Assembly (NCBI GenBank): GCA_021498095.1
Contig: JAIZWK010000001.1
Span: 420,001 to 452,000, forward strand
From: Candidatus Harpocratesius repetitus
GTDB lineage: Archaea > Asgardarchaeota > Lokiarchaeia > Sigyniarchaeales > Promethearchaeaceae
Reading direction: 5' to 3'
Length of the DNA: 32,000 nucleotides
Shown piece after piece: positions 18,202-27,886 of the stretch; within the stretch, counting starts at the first letter, position 1, and each line of letters starts with the position of its first letter. Position numbers and translations under genes: made by a program. The notes under the pieces were generated by a model. The model saw only the letters and a program-made list of their open reading frames with translations, made no database searches and was not told the origin of the DNA.

Positions 18202-18789
18202 TTATATGAATTTGAGATTTTTCATCATATATAATAAGACGAGTTTTTTTGAATTAGTTGCTTTTTCTATAATTGGACGAGTTCTTTTATTTATTTTTAA
18301 ATCTTTCCAATCTTCATATCCTGCTTCTTCGAAAACTTCTTTCAATCCATTAATTATCGGAGTTCCTAACGATTTATTATCAAAATGGTTTACATTATAC
18401 AGAATATAACATCTAATAAATCTAATTCCTACTTTATTCGAAAATTCAAGTGCCAATTCTTCAATATAATCTAAAATCGCAAGTAATAAATTCTTAATAC
18501 TCTCAAATTCTAAATCTTTGTTAAAACCAAGAAATGAAAGATCAATAATAGGTAAATGAAAATTCTTTTCACCATCAAAAGGCACTTTATAATTATTTAC
18601 CCGTAATGAAAAAAAGGAATAAATCTCGCTATTATCATCAGAAACAATGCAATATAGGCTGTGAATCATATTTTCATTCTGATATTCTGCACAATTCTTC
18701 CAAAATGGTTTTGAATAATAGAGATCAAAAAATGAGATAGAATCCTTTAGTTTAGGATTAAGATCTTCATAAAAGATAATTGAAACCAC
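18202..18789 (-). CDS. GNAT-fold-like protein (TacT/AtaT toxin-like layout, degenerate acetyl-CoA motif)
   Basis: YCIV...EIYSFFSL, P.IDLSFLG, LL...I and S.KVGIRFI follow the GNAT toxin strand order. GTG start with GAGGAG 5 nt upstream. Confidence 0.55.
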   Translation of the reverse strand: MVSIIFYEDLNPKLKDSISFFDLYYSKPFWKNCAEYQNENMIHSLYCIVSDDNSEIYSFFSLRVNNYKVPFDGEKNFHLPIIDLSFLGFNKDLEFESIKNLLLAILDYIEELALEFSNKVGIRFIRCYILYNVNHFDNKSLGTPIINGLKEVFEEAGYEDWKDLKINKRTRPIIEKATNSKKLVLLYMMKNLKFI

Positions 18790-18803
18790 TAATACTCCTC
18801 AAT

Positions 18804-19205
18804 TTACTTCTTTTTTGATACTTGAAAATCAAAAATAACTCTATTTTCATTTTTAACTTTATTCAACTTCAATTCTTCTTTTATTGGAGCTCCTTTTTCA
18901 TTCAATTTCTTTTGTATAATTTTTGCATCTTCTTCATCGAATTTTGAAAAAGGATCTTCAGAAAGGATGTATTTTGAAATTAGTTTAAGATACCTACTAT
19001 AAACTCCAAAAGATTTAAGTAATTCAATATCAATCCATGATTTAGGTAATAAACCTTCCTCAATTTTTGTAAAAATCAAATTTATAGTTTGTAATGCAGG
19101 TTTGATTAATCCTATTGATTGATACATCCTAAATATAGAAGTAAACTCAATTATATCACTTTTCTTGAAGTTTTGTAATTTTTCAATAAATGTGATATTT
19201 TTCAA
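18804..19205 (-). CDS. Hypothetical protein (possible antitoxin/partner)
   Basis: 133-aa ORF, TTG start after GGTGA; 5-bp gap to the upstream gene and 14-bp gap to the downstream gene. Confidence 0.6.
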   Translation of the reverse strand: MKNITFIEKLQNFKKSDIIEFTSIFRMYQSIGLIKPALQTINLIFTKIEEGLLPKSWIDIELLKSFGVYSRYLKLISKYILSEDPFSKFDEEDAKIIQKKLNEKGAPIKEELKLNKVKNENRVIFDFQVSKKK

Positions 19206-19210
19206 CCATT

Positions 19211-19738
19211 TTATTCACCAATTATTGAAATATCTGAATTATTACATTTTTCTCTAATTTTTACTTCTTTTTCGATAGCTCTTTCAATGTTTTCTTTCAA
19301 CGCAATTAAATCTTGATGATCTAATCCAATAAGTAACTTTTCGATTCTTCTATTTTTATTTAACAATTCTAACTTCAATGTATGCATAATAATTGTTCTA
19401 TTGAAAGCACCAATTTCACCATCATCAAAAATAGGACGAATATCAGTCATTATTCTTGATTTCATCAGCAAATTTTCTCGCTCTCGCTCCAAATTTCTTG
19501 CTTTTTCATACAATTTGATATTATCATTAGATTTATATAGATTAAGTAAAAAAGTATCAAAATCTTTAATTTTTTCTAATTTTTCTTTAGAATCATCTGC
19601 ATTTTCTAATGTAATTTGTTCAATTAGGACTTCTTTTATCATTTCAACTAAATCTTCAAGACTTATTTTCCTATCTTCTTTTATATTATAATAAACACTT
19701 AATAGAGTCAATAATTCCCTAATAATTGGTCGATACAT
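19211..19738 (-). CDS. COMMD-like protein (helical N-domain plus COMM-like beta3-alpha domain)
   Basis: About 90-aa helical N-terminus, then strands SRIMTDIRPIF / IMHTLKLEL / EKLLIGLD and helix DLIALKENIERAIEKE, matching COMM-domain topology by eye. Confidence 0.55.
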   Translation of the reverse strand: MYRPIIRELLTLLSVYYNIKEDRKISLEDLVEMIKEVLIEQITLENADDSKEKLEKIKDFDTFLLNLYKSNDNIKLYEKARNLERERENLLMKSRIMTDIRPIFDDGEIGAFNRTIIMHTLKLELLNKNRRIEKLLIGLDHQDLIALKENIERAIEKEVKIREKCNNSDISIIGE

Positions 19739-19770
19739 ATTCTTTTGTTCATTTTTCTTATCAATATCGC

Positions 19771-19880
19771 TGAAACAATCGAGTTCGACAAAAAAAAGAA
19801 TTGCGATATTTCAGAATTAAGTCGGATATATATAATTGATATTCAAAAAAACGTTTAAATTAAAAAAGATAAAATATCCT
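19771..19880 (-). repeat. 110-bp dispersed intergenic repeat, copy B (inverted relative to 5698-5806)
   Basis: Reverse complement aligns to copy A at ~95%. Ends 32 bp upstream of the 19738 start and contains a TTATATATA TATA-like tract. Confidence 0.93.
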
Positions 19881-19930
19881 TATAAACTCTTAAAAAAAAT
19901 GATCAAGAATCAACTTTTCATTTAAATAAC

Positions 19931-20701
19931 ATGATACTTTTCATTTTACACAGAATAATGGCGAGTAATATGGATAAAAAATTGTTAGTGAAAACAAAAG
20001 ATTTGCGCCGAGAATTTGAATTTGGAAACACAAAAATCCATGCTCTAGATGGGGTTGACTTAGAAGTTAAAGAAGGAGAGTTTATTGTAATTTTAGGTCC
20101 TTCTGGAGCAGGAAAAACAACCCTTTTAAATATGATTGGAGGCATTGATCATCCCACTTCAGGCTCTATTGAAGTAGATGGTGAACCGATACACGAATTT
20201 TCTAATAAACAGTTAAATGATTATCGAAAGGAGAAAGTAGGTTGGGTTTTCCAATTTTTCAATATAGTTGATAGCCTACGTGCTTGGGAAAATGTCGGAC
20301 TTGCCTTAGAATTTAAAGGATTAAAGGATCATAAAGAAATCAAAGCAAAATCCTTTGATATTTTAGAAAAAGTTGGATTAAAAGGGAAAGAAATGCGATT
20401 TCCCAGCCAATTATCTGGGGGAGAACAACAAAGAGTTGCAATTGCCCGTGCTTTAGTAAAAAAGCCAAAATTGATTGTAGCAGACGAGCCAACAGGAAAT
20501 TTAGATTACATTACGGGTCAAACAATTGCTGAATTGATGCAAAAGCTCAATCGCCAAGAGGGTATCACTTTTATTGTGGTTAGTCATGATATTAGTATTA
20601 CTAAATTTGCTGAGTGCATTTATCATCTGAGAATGGGTAAAATTGATAAAGTGCAAAATTCCATATCTGATCTTCAATATACAAAAAAAATCCAGGAGTA
20701 A
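19931..20701 (+). CDS. ABC transporter ATP-binding protein (LolD/MacB-type)
   Basis: [33 protein letters not shown] and VSHD. The real start may be ATG 19958 or 19970. Confidence 0.96.
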   Translation: MILFILHRIMASNMDKKLLVKTKDLRREFEFGNTKIHALDGVDLEVKEGEFIVILGPSGAGKTTLLNMIGGIDHPTSGSIEVDGEPIHEFSNKQLNDYRKEKVGWVFQFFNIVDSLRAWENVGLALEFKGLKDHKEIKAKSFDILEKVGLKGKEMRFPSQLSGGEQQRVAIARALVKKPKLIVADEPTGNLDYITGQTIAELMQKLNRQEGITFIVVSHDISITKFAECIYHLRMGKIDKVQNSISDLQYTKKIQE

Positions 20702-20706
20702 GAACC

Positions 20707-23175
20707 ATGAACTTAATGGATATTAAGGTACTTCGCGAAATAAAAATACAAAAATTCAGATCATTTTTGATTATAACTATTATAACAGTGACAATAGCGC
20801 TGATTTTGGGAATGCATTCGGGTGGTACAATGGTTCTGGCATCATATGAAGAAAATTTACGCCAAAACAACGTAGCTGATGGCAGATTTACTTTTACTGC
20901 TCCTGTACTGGATACAAATATTACACAAATTCAAAATGATTCTGTTTTTCTAACGAAAAATAATATTGCAGATATCGAAGGGAGATTGATTATTTATACT
21001 GAGATGACTTATAACGATGAAATATTCCCTTGTTTAGTTATTGGAGTCGATTTTCCTAATATAATAAATAAAGTATATTTAGAATCAATAGGAGAAAATA
21101 TTACTGATTCAGCAAGTGTGTTAAATGAAACTACAAATTGTATTATTGAATCACGCTTTGCTGGGATAATGTTGGGACAAGATGTGCAATTGGGAGAAAA
21201 TGTTTCTGTTCTATTGGGAGTTGTTCACAATAACTTTACTGTGCAAGCTATCGGTCAAGATACTGATCAAGTTTATGTAGTGGATCCTGTTAGTCAAATG
21301 ACTTTAATGGGTCAAATGGCAATTATATGGGTAAATCTATCCGGATTGCAACAAGATTTATTCGGTGGCTTGCCATTGGTCAATCAAATACTGTTTACAG
21401 TTGATTCTCGTTTAGATAAATCAATGATAAATCACGCAGCAGAGGCTTTAACACAACGATTTATTAGCCAAAATATTGATATAAGCACTACTAAATTTAC
21501 AATTTATGATGAAACGGATGACCGTACCTTTTTTGACGCTGATGCTGGTTCCATTGATAAAATGGGTACAATTTTTGGCGCAATTGGATTGGTAATGTGC
21601 TGTGTTGCAATATTTAATACCATCTCTCGTTTAGTTCAAGCACAGCGGAAAAATATAGGTCTTTATATGAGTATGGGTGCTGAACCTTCTGTAATAATCT
21701 TGCATTATATGAAAATAACCATGATTCTTTCCTTGATAGGAGTAATAATTGGTGTTCCTTTGGGACATTTTTTTGCTACTGGAATGACGAAGCTCATAGC
21801 GAGATTTTTTCCATTTCAAACATTTGTATTTCCTATCGTTTGGCAAGAATATCTTTTTGGATCTTTGATTACATTTGCTGTCTGTGTAATCTTTTCTGGT
21901 ATTAGTGCTTTTCCGATCACAAAGATCACACCTCGTGAAGCCATGTCCGCTGTATTTAATCGAATTAAATCAATAAAATCCACAGTCTCAGAGAAATTTT
22001 TCAGTTGGATTCCAATTTTTCATCCCCTTCATATGCGCATTCCCATTCGTGAAATATTTTTGCGAAAGCGCAAATCAATAATTACAATCTTAGCAATTTC
22101 TACATCCATGATAATGATGATTAACTCACTTGCTATGGTTTCAAATATGTTTACGGGAATAAATAGGAATTTTACAGAATATAATACAGCAGATTATCAA
22201 GTTATATTGGAAACACCCATTCCTGTATCAGAAATTACAGATTTTATGAATTCATTACCATCTAATACGATTGATCATTACGAAGCAAAAATTACCTTGT
22301 ATTCACCATTATATTTTGAAAATGATAGCAAAGGCGCTCTAATAATTGAATGTTACCAAGAAAATTCTACTTTACGTAATGTACATATTATTCAAGGCTC
22401 TATAAACTCGATAAAAGATACAACTCCCAATGAAATAATAATGGGTAGTGGGATTGCAGATAAATTCGGAATTACTTTAGGAGATACAATTCAAATTGGG
22501 TTATTTGAGAATATTTCAGTAAAAGTAGTGGGATTAGTTGGAGAATTAATTGATTATTCTGCATTTTGGAGTATTGAAGCCTTTCAATCAAATAATATAA
22601 GTACCAAATTTGGTCTGTTACCAAATTATGTAAATGGATTCATTTTCAATCCCCATGCAGGAGTGGACATCACATCATTACGGGCACAAATTGAGAATAA
22701 TTTTTCAGTTGCCCAATGGGTTAATGCAAAACAATCCCAGCAATCAATTCTAACTCTAATGCAATCTATGATGAGCCTTCTTTTCCTATTCATATTGATA
22801 GGAATGTTCATTGGGATTTTCTTTAGTTTTAATACCATGTACATGGGTTTTATCAGCCGAGAAAATGATTTTTTGGCATTTAAAGCCATGGGAACGAATC
22901 CCCGATATTTTACCAAGATGATATTCTGGGAAAATGCCATATTAAGCGTATTTAGTCTTATAATTACGGTACCTGTTGGATACTATGTATATTGGCGATC
23001 AATGGACTATTTATTGGGAAACAGGTATTATATGCCTCTTTCAATTCCGTGGTATACGTGGCCTCTCGCTTTACTTTTGAGTTTCATATCAATATGGATG
23101 GCTACATTACGCTTAACCAAGCGGATTAGAAAGATGAATTTGGCTGATGAATTGCGGAGCCAAATGGTAAGCTAA
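20707..23175 (+). CDS. ABC transporter permease, FtsX/MacB-type (two repeats)
   Basis: Two TM blocks with Q.R.NIGL..SMGA and RE.DF...KAMG motifs separated by large extracytoplasmic domains; 5 bp after the ATPase gene. Confidence 0.92.
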   Translation: MNLMDIKVLREIKIQKFRSFLIITIITVTIALILGMHSGGTMVLASYEENLRQNNVADGRFTFTAPVLDTNITQIQNDSVFLTKNNIADIEGRLIIYTEMTYNDEIFPCLVIGVDFPNIINKVYLESIGENITDSASVLNETTNCIIESRFAGIMLGQDVQLGENVSVLLGVVHNNFTVQAIGQDTDQVYVVDPVSQMTLMGQMAIIWVNLSGLQQDLFGGLPLVNQILFTVDSRLDKSMINHAAEALTQRFISQNIDISTTKFTIYDETDDRTFFDADAGSIDKMGTIFGAIGLVMCCVAIFNTISRLVQAQRKNIGLYMSMGAEPSVIILHYMKITMILSLIGVIIGVPLGHFFATGMTKLIARFFPFQTFVFPIVWQEYLFGSLITFAVCVIFSGISAFPITKITPREAMSAVFNRIKSIKSTVSEKFFSWIPIFHPLHMRIPIREIFLRKRKSIITILAISTSMIMMINSLAMVSNMFTGINRNFTEYNTADYQVILETPIPVSEITDFMNSLPSNTIDHYEAKITLYSPLYFENDSKGALIIECYQENSTLRNVHIIQGSINSIKDTTPNEIIMGSGIADKFGITLGDTIQIGLFENISVKVVGLVGELIDYSAFWSIEAFQSNNISTKFGLLPNYVNGFIFNPHAGVDITSLRAQIENNFSVAQWVNAKQSQQSILTLMQSMMSLLFLFILIGMFIGIFFSFNTMYMGFISRENDFLAFKAMGTNPRYFTKMIFWENAILSVFSLIITVPVGYYVYWRSMDYLLGNRYYMPLSIPWYTWPLALLLSFISIWMATLRLTKRIRKMNLADELRSQMVS

Positions 23176-23456
23176 TACAACAAGATAGTGTTGATAAGTT
23201 CAAAAGATGAAAGTATTACTTTTTTTATTTATTATTACTTCTTGTGAGTATTCTCATGGAAGAAAGAGAAAGAAGTGTAAATAGAAGAATTACAGTGTCA
23301 ATAAGTGAATTATTAACTTAATTTTGATTTGATCAAAAATACATTTTTTAAAAAGTATTTTTTATAGATAATTACCTTTTTAGTAATGTAATTTTAAGTA
23401 TTTATTTACATTCTTAATGGGGTAAATTTATTTAAAAAAAAATCTATTATAATAAT

Positions 23457-24833
23457 ATGGATTCTTCAGCAATTAAGAAGTATTTTTTAGATTTTTATGA
23501 AACACCTCTTCCTAACGTAATTCCCCGAAATTATCGATTTAGTAAAGAGAATCGCCCTCAAATAATTATAGGAGCCCGACGAATCGGAAAAACTTATCTT
23601 CTTTTCCAACGAATTCATGAATTGATTGCTGAAGGTGTTCGTAAATCACAAATTCTTTATCTAAATTTCGAAGATATTGCATTTTCAGATCTTGAAGCAA
23701 ATGAAATTCCTGATATTTTAGAGATTTACTGGGCATTATTTCCTCATGAAATAGATAAGACTCTATATTTATTTATTGATGAACCCCAATGTATAAAAAA
23801 TTGGGATTTAGCAATCTTAACATTAATGAAACATAATTTCCCCATTTATATTACTGGTTCTTCATCAAAACTTTTAAGTTCTGAAATTGCTTCAGCGTTT
23901 CGGGGAAGAAGTACACCTATTTTCTTTTATAGCCTTTCTTTTGATGAATTTTTGAGATTTCGCAATTTTAATTATCAAAAATCATTAAGTTCTAAAAATC
24001 ATGCACTTCTTGAAGCTTTATTCCAAGAATATCTTGAATACGGAGGTTATCCTGAAGTAGTTTTAGAACCAGAAATTTATAGAAAACAGCAAATATTGAG
24101 AAATTATTATGATACAATTATCTATCGAGATTTGATTGAAAGATATAATATAAAAAATGGCTTTCTTATAAAGGAATTCTTAAAAACTCTAATAAAAAAC
24201 ATAGCAAATCCACTTAGTATAAATAAAATCTATAAAGATTTCAAGTCTAGGAAAATAAACACAACAACTGACACGCTTTATAAATATTTGGATATATTGC
24301 AAGAAATAGGAATATTTTATTTAGTATACAGATATGATCCTTCATTAAGACGAGAAATACACTCAATACCTAAAATATATCTTCATGATTTAGGACTTAT
24401 TTCTTTATTTTCTAGAAAAAATATTTCAGCAAGATATGAAAATCTTGTTTTTATGGAATTAAAGAGAAAAATCATATATTATCCGTTCCGATCTATTGGA
24501 TTTTGGAGAACTCCTCAAAATAGAGAAATAGATTTTATTATTAGAGACAGAGATGAAGTAATTGAAGCAATTCAAGTTTCAGCGAGTTTTTTAGATCTTA
24601 AAACAAAAAAAAGAGAAATTTCATCCCTAATAATGGGAATAAGAAATATTAATCAGCTGTGTGAATTTTCGCTCCATTCTGGGATGATTATTACCCATGA
24701 AATTAGCAATAACGAACCAAATAATTTGTTTGAGAAAGATATTCAAATTTGTATAAAAGATCTACTAGAATGGTTATTAGAAAAAAATAAGGAAAATGTT
24801 AAAATAAATAAGGAAAATGATGAAAAAAAATAA
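23457..24833 (+). CDS. ATP-binding protein, AAA_14 + DUF4143 family
   Basis: Walker A GARRIGKT, YLNFED, Walker B FIDEPQ, ITGSS, YL.YGGYPE, KIY..DLG, YEN.V..EL and EIDF...AIQV (PD-(D/E)xK-like tail). Confidence 0.9.
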   Translation: MDSSAIKKYFLDFYETPLPNVIPRNYRFSKENRPQIIIGARRIGKTYLLFQRIHELIAEGVRKSQILYLNFEDIAFSDLEANEIPDILEIYWALFPHEIDKTLYLFIDEPQCIKNWDLAILTLMKHNFPIYITGSSSKLLSSEIASAFRGRSTPIFFYSLSFDEFLRFRNFNYQKSLSSKNHALLEALFQEYLEYGGYPEVVLEPEIYRKQQILRNYYDTIIYRDLIERYNIKNGFLIKEFLKTLIKNIANPLSINKIYKDFKSRKINTTTDTLYKYLDILQEIGIFYLVYRYDPSLRREIHSIPKIYLHDLGLISLFSRKNISARYENLVFMELKRKIIYYPFRSIGFWRTPQNREIDFIIRDRDEVIEAIQVSASFLDLKTKKREISSLIMGIRNINQLCEFSLHSGMIITHEISNNEPNNLFEKDIQICIKDLLEWLLEKNKENVKINKENDEKK

Positions 24834-24921
24834 CGTATTTTAATTGAGAAACAATGTGGATAATATTACTGGAAAGATTACAGTAAACATTATTCAATTT
24901 GAGACCGAAAAAATAATTTCT

Positions 24922-26244
24922 TTACGATATTTCAAAATCTTTGGAAAGAATATACTCTTTTAGTAATGAGAGAATTGCCATAACAGCTTGATATTCGATA
25001 TGCTCCACTGTATCATTCGATGTATGATAAACAACATTATCATCATTGAATTCTGTAGGTACTGCTAAAATAGTTACTGCATCCACTCCAATTTTTGAGA
25101 ATTCAGCTGCATCTGTTCCTCCTGCACCAAAGAGAATGGGATATAACGAAGCTGAATATCCGAGGGTTTCAAAAAGCGATTTTATCTCTTCAGCCAAAGA
25201 ATGAGAAAGTTTTACAGTTCCATTAATATCAGTTATCATTATCTGAAGATCTTTCAAATTATATATACTATCCATGTTGATATTGAAAGTAGGAATCGCT
25301 CTTAACTCTTGAAAATGTTGCCGAACGTAAGCAGAAGCACCTCTTAAACCACATTCTTCACCATCGGTACTTAAAATAATAAGACGTGTGTGATATAATG
25401 GATAGCATCCCATATTTTTTGCAATTGAAAATTTTTGACCGATTTTCATCGCCATTACTGATGAAATTAGATTATCTCCAGCACCAGGACTTCCCTTTCG
25501 ATTTTTAAAGAAATAATACTGCAGAACAATAACAGAACCAATGATAACGCCAAACCGAATAATATTTACAATGGGAGGATTAATTCCAGAGAATAATTTA
25601 AAAATAGCCCAATAGAGAGCAAAAAAGAGAGTAATTGTGAAAATCAGAAATCCAGATAGAACGCGAATAGTATAAAATCGTGGATGATGCTGAATATAAT
25701 TAAAGATAAAGGCAGAATCATGATGACCTGAGAGTATAATTTGCTGCTTGACTTCACCAGCCGGTTCAATAACTGTGCTTACATTGTAACCCTTCATTTT
25801 CCGATATAGAGGATCAAATGTTTTTTCATAGAATACAAATTGCAGAATTGCATAAAAGGCACCAAAAAGGTACCCAAAAACGCCAAGATAAAGCCAAAAT
25901 GATCCAAAGAAGAGGAATATTGAAGAGATTAGATAAGAAGTGGCTAAAACAGGCAGAATACTTAGAAATGATTCGGGATGAACACTAAACTGCTCGATAT
26001 GTGTGTGATCACCGAATTTTTTCATTTCTTCAAATAAAAGCTGAGCTGCTTCATGATCTTGATGAGTTCCAGCCAACCGAGGACCAACTCTCTTTATTAA
26101 ATCATCTGTATATTGTAAACAACTTTTCACATCCTCATCCTTAATTTGTATTACAGAGTGAGCAATTTTAGCTTGAGTAGGAGATAAATGCATAAAGCGA
26201 TTATTTACAAGATTTCCAGTTGATCGGGGCATAATTTTCACCAA
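24922..26244 (-). CDS. M28 family metallopeptidase with transmembrane insertions
   Basis: GPRLAGT, SGHHDSA, GAGDN, GEECGLRGA, INMD, GGTDA and YHTSND. TTG start in the track; ATG 26232 is possible. Confidence 0.88.
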   Translation of the reverse strand: MVKIMPRSTGNLVNNRFMHLSPTQAKIAHSVIQIKDEDVKSCLQYTDDLIKRVGPRLAGTHQDHEAAQLLFEEMKKFGDHTHIEQFSVHPESFLSILPVLATSYLISSIFLFFGSFWLYLGVFGYLFGAFYAILQFVFYEKTFDPLYRKMKGYNVSTVIEPAGEVKQQIILSGHHDSAFIFNYIQHHPRFYTIRVLSGFLIFTITLFFALYWAIFKLFSGINPPIVNIIRFGVIIGSVIVLQYYFFKNRKGSPGAGDNLISSVMAMKIGQKFSIAKNMGCYPLYHTRLIILSTDGEECGLRGASAYVRQHFQELRAIPTFNINMDSIYNLKDLQIMITDINGTVKLSHSLAEEIKSLFETLGYSASLYPILFGAGGTDAAEFSKIGVDAVTILAVPTEFNDDNVVYHTSNDTVEHIEYQAVMAILSLLKEYILSKDFEIS

Positions 26245-26343
26245 TTTTTAGAGATATGTTATGATTCAATATTATACAACTTAACTCGAGCAAATACAGT
26301 AAGGGAATGAAAAATTAAGTTTTGTTATATTGAACATATAAAT

Positions 26344-26363
26344 TCTACATATTTTTATGTAGA
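26344..26363. promoter_or_regulatory. Perfect palindrome TCTACATA-TTTT-TATGTAGA, candidate operator
   Basis: 8-bp arms with a 4-nt spacer, about 100 bp upstream of the M28 gene; a further half-site lies at 26564-26571. Confidence 0.35.
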
Positions 26364-26666
26364 CTTCAAATAAAATAAATCAGTTTCAAATATATAAATT
26401 TATGTAAAAATACATCCCAATATAGATTTACTTAAAGATTCTGATATTTGGTTAAGTAATTATCGATATAAATTGAAGATTTACCTTGAAAAAATTAAAT
26501 TTTCCTTAATAGACCAAAAATCTAACTCTATGGTAAATAATAAAATCAAGACTTTTTTTTTAATCTACATATAGAATTAATTGTCGACATTTAGTATACA
26601 TCTTGATAAAAAACGATAAAAAAGAAAACTTAACTTAATCTAAATTGATAAAAGCACTTTTAGTTA

Positions 26667-27569
26667 TTATTCCACACTTTCTCTAATCTTTTTAATAACT
26701 CTTTCAAATGCCTTAGCCGATTCACTCTCAGGATCCTTTAATACCACAGGAAGACCTAAATCTCCTTGCTCTCTTACGATTGGCTCAAGCGGAATTTTTC
26801 CCAGAAATGGAACATCTAACTCGCGCGCAGCTTTTTCGCCACCTCCGAAGCCAAATACATCCACCTCGATAGTTTCGTTACAATGTGGACATTTTACCAC
26901 CAATCCAGACATATTTTCCACGATTCCAACTACGTCTAATTGTAAAGTCTTGCTCATTTGAACTGTTTTCCTGGAATCCATCATAGCGACCTCTTGAGGA
27001 GTGGTCACTATAACCACAGATCCTTTGGTTAACTGCATTATATCCAAAGTTTCATCAGAAGTGCCTGGTGGTAAATCGATAACCAAATAATCCATCGGCT
27101 CCCAAGCCCCATCAGCAATAAACTGACGAATGGCACCCATTTTTAATGGACCTCTCCAAATTACAGGAGTATCTGGAGTCTCCAACAAAAAGGCCATGCT
27201 CATTACTTGAATATTTAGAGGCCCATTTACTGGTTTAAACTTCTTAGTTCCGGGAACAATTTCTGGACGTCTTCCTTCAAGGTTTAACATCTTAGGGATA
27301 TTAGGCCCTGTAATGTCTACATCCAAAACACCAACACTTAATCCTTGGGAGGCAAGGGCTACAGCAAGATTTGTGGCAACTGTACTTTTTCCAACTCCGC
27401 CTTTTCCAGAACAAACAATGATTTTATGCTTAATCTTTTGCATGATTTGATTAATTTCATCCATTTGTGATGCTTGCGAGTCTTTTTTAGGGGCATTTTC
27501 ATGTAATTTCTTTAAATCTTCATCTGTGACTTCTATTTCGACATCAACTTTTTTATTTTCATTACTCAT
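26667..27569 (-). CDS. mrp: Mrp/NBP35 (ApbC) family Fe-S cluster carrier ATPase
   Basis: SGKGGVGKST, DVDITGPNIPKML, VIWRGP, DLPPGTSD, TTPQEVA, VENMS and CPHC. Confidence 0.95.
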   Translation of the reverse strand: MSNENKKVDVEIEVTDEDLKKLHENAPKKDSQASQMDEINQIMQKIKHKIIVCSGKGGVGKSTVATNLAVALASQGLSVGVLDVDITGPNIPKMLNLEGRRPEIVPGTKKFKPVNGPLNIQVMSMAFLLETPDTPVIWRGPLKMGAIRQFIADGAWEPMDYLVIDLPPGTSDETLDIMQLTKGSVVIVTTPQEVAMMDSRKTVQMSKTLQLDVVGIVENMSGLVVKCPHCNETIEVDVFGFGGGEKAARELDVPFLGKIPLEPIVREQGDLGLPVVLKDPESESAKAFERVIKKIRESVE

Positions 27570-27886
27570 ATTTTTCTCTGCTTCCTTTTATTGAATTTTC
27601 CATTGATAAGTTGTTTGAAATTGAATTATCAAAATTTGGAACCACAATGGAATTTTCAATGAATATCTATTCAGATAAATGAAGTATTGATTCCACTTAA
27701 AATTGTTCTTACTGATTTGAAAGATTTTTGGGCAATTTAATTATAAAATATTACAAGATTGATCAATAATCTTCATCTCGCTTAAAGACGAAAATGGAAT
27801 ATAAGAGTAAAATTGTGAAATTTAATTAGAATTTAATAAGAAATTTATAAGAATTTAGACAAATTAATTTAGATGATTAAGTAAAA

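Noticed and set aside
5698-19880. A 14-kb transposon with terminal inverted repeats
   Set aside because: No transposase or integrase lies inside, there is no target-site duplication, and the cargo includes ordinary metabolic genes. Kept only as a repeat finding.
23246-23362. 21-codon ORF (MEERERSVNRR...) and an imperfect AT palindrome upstream of the AAA ATPase
   Set aside because: Too short, with no homology signal; the palindrome is almost all A/T.
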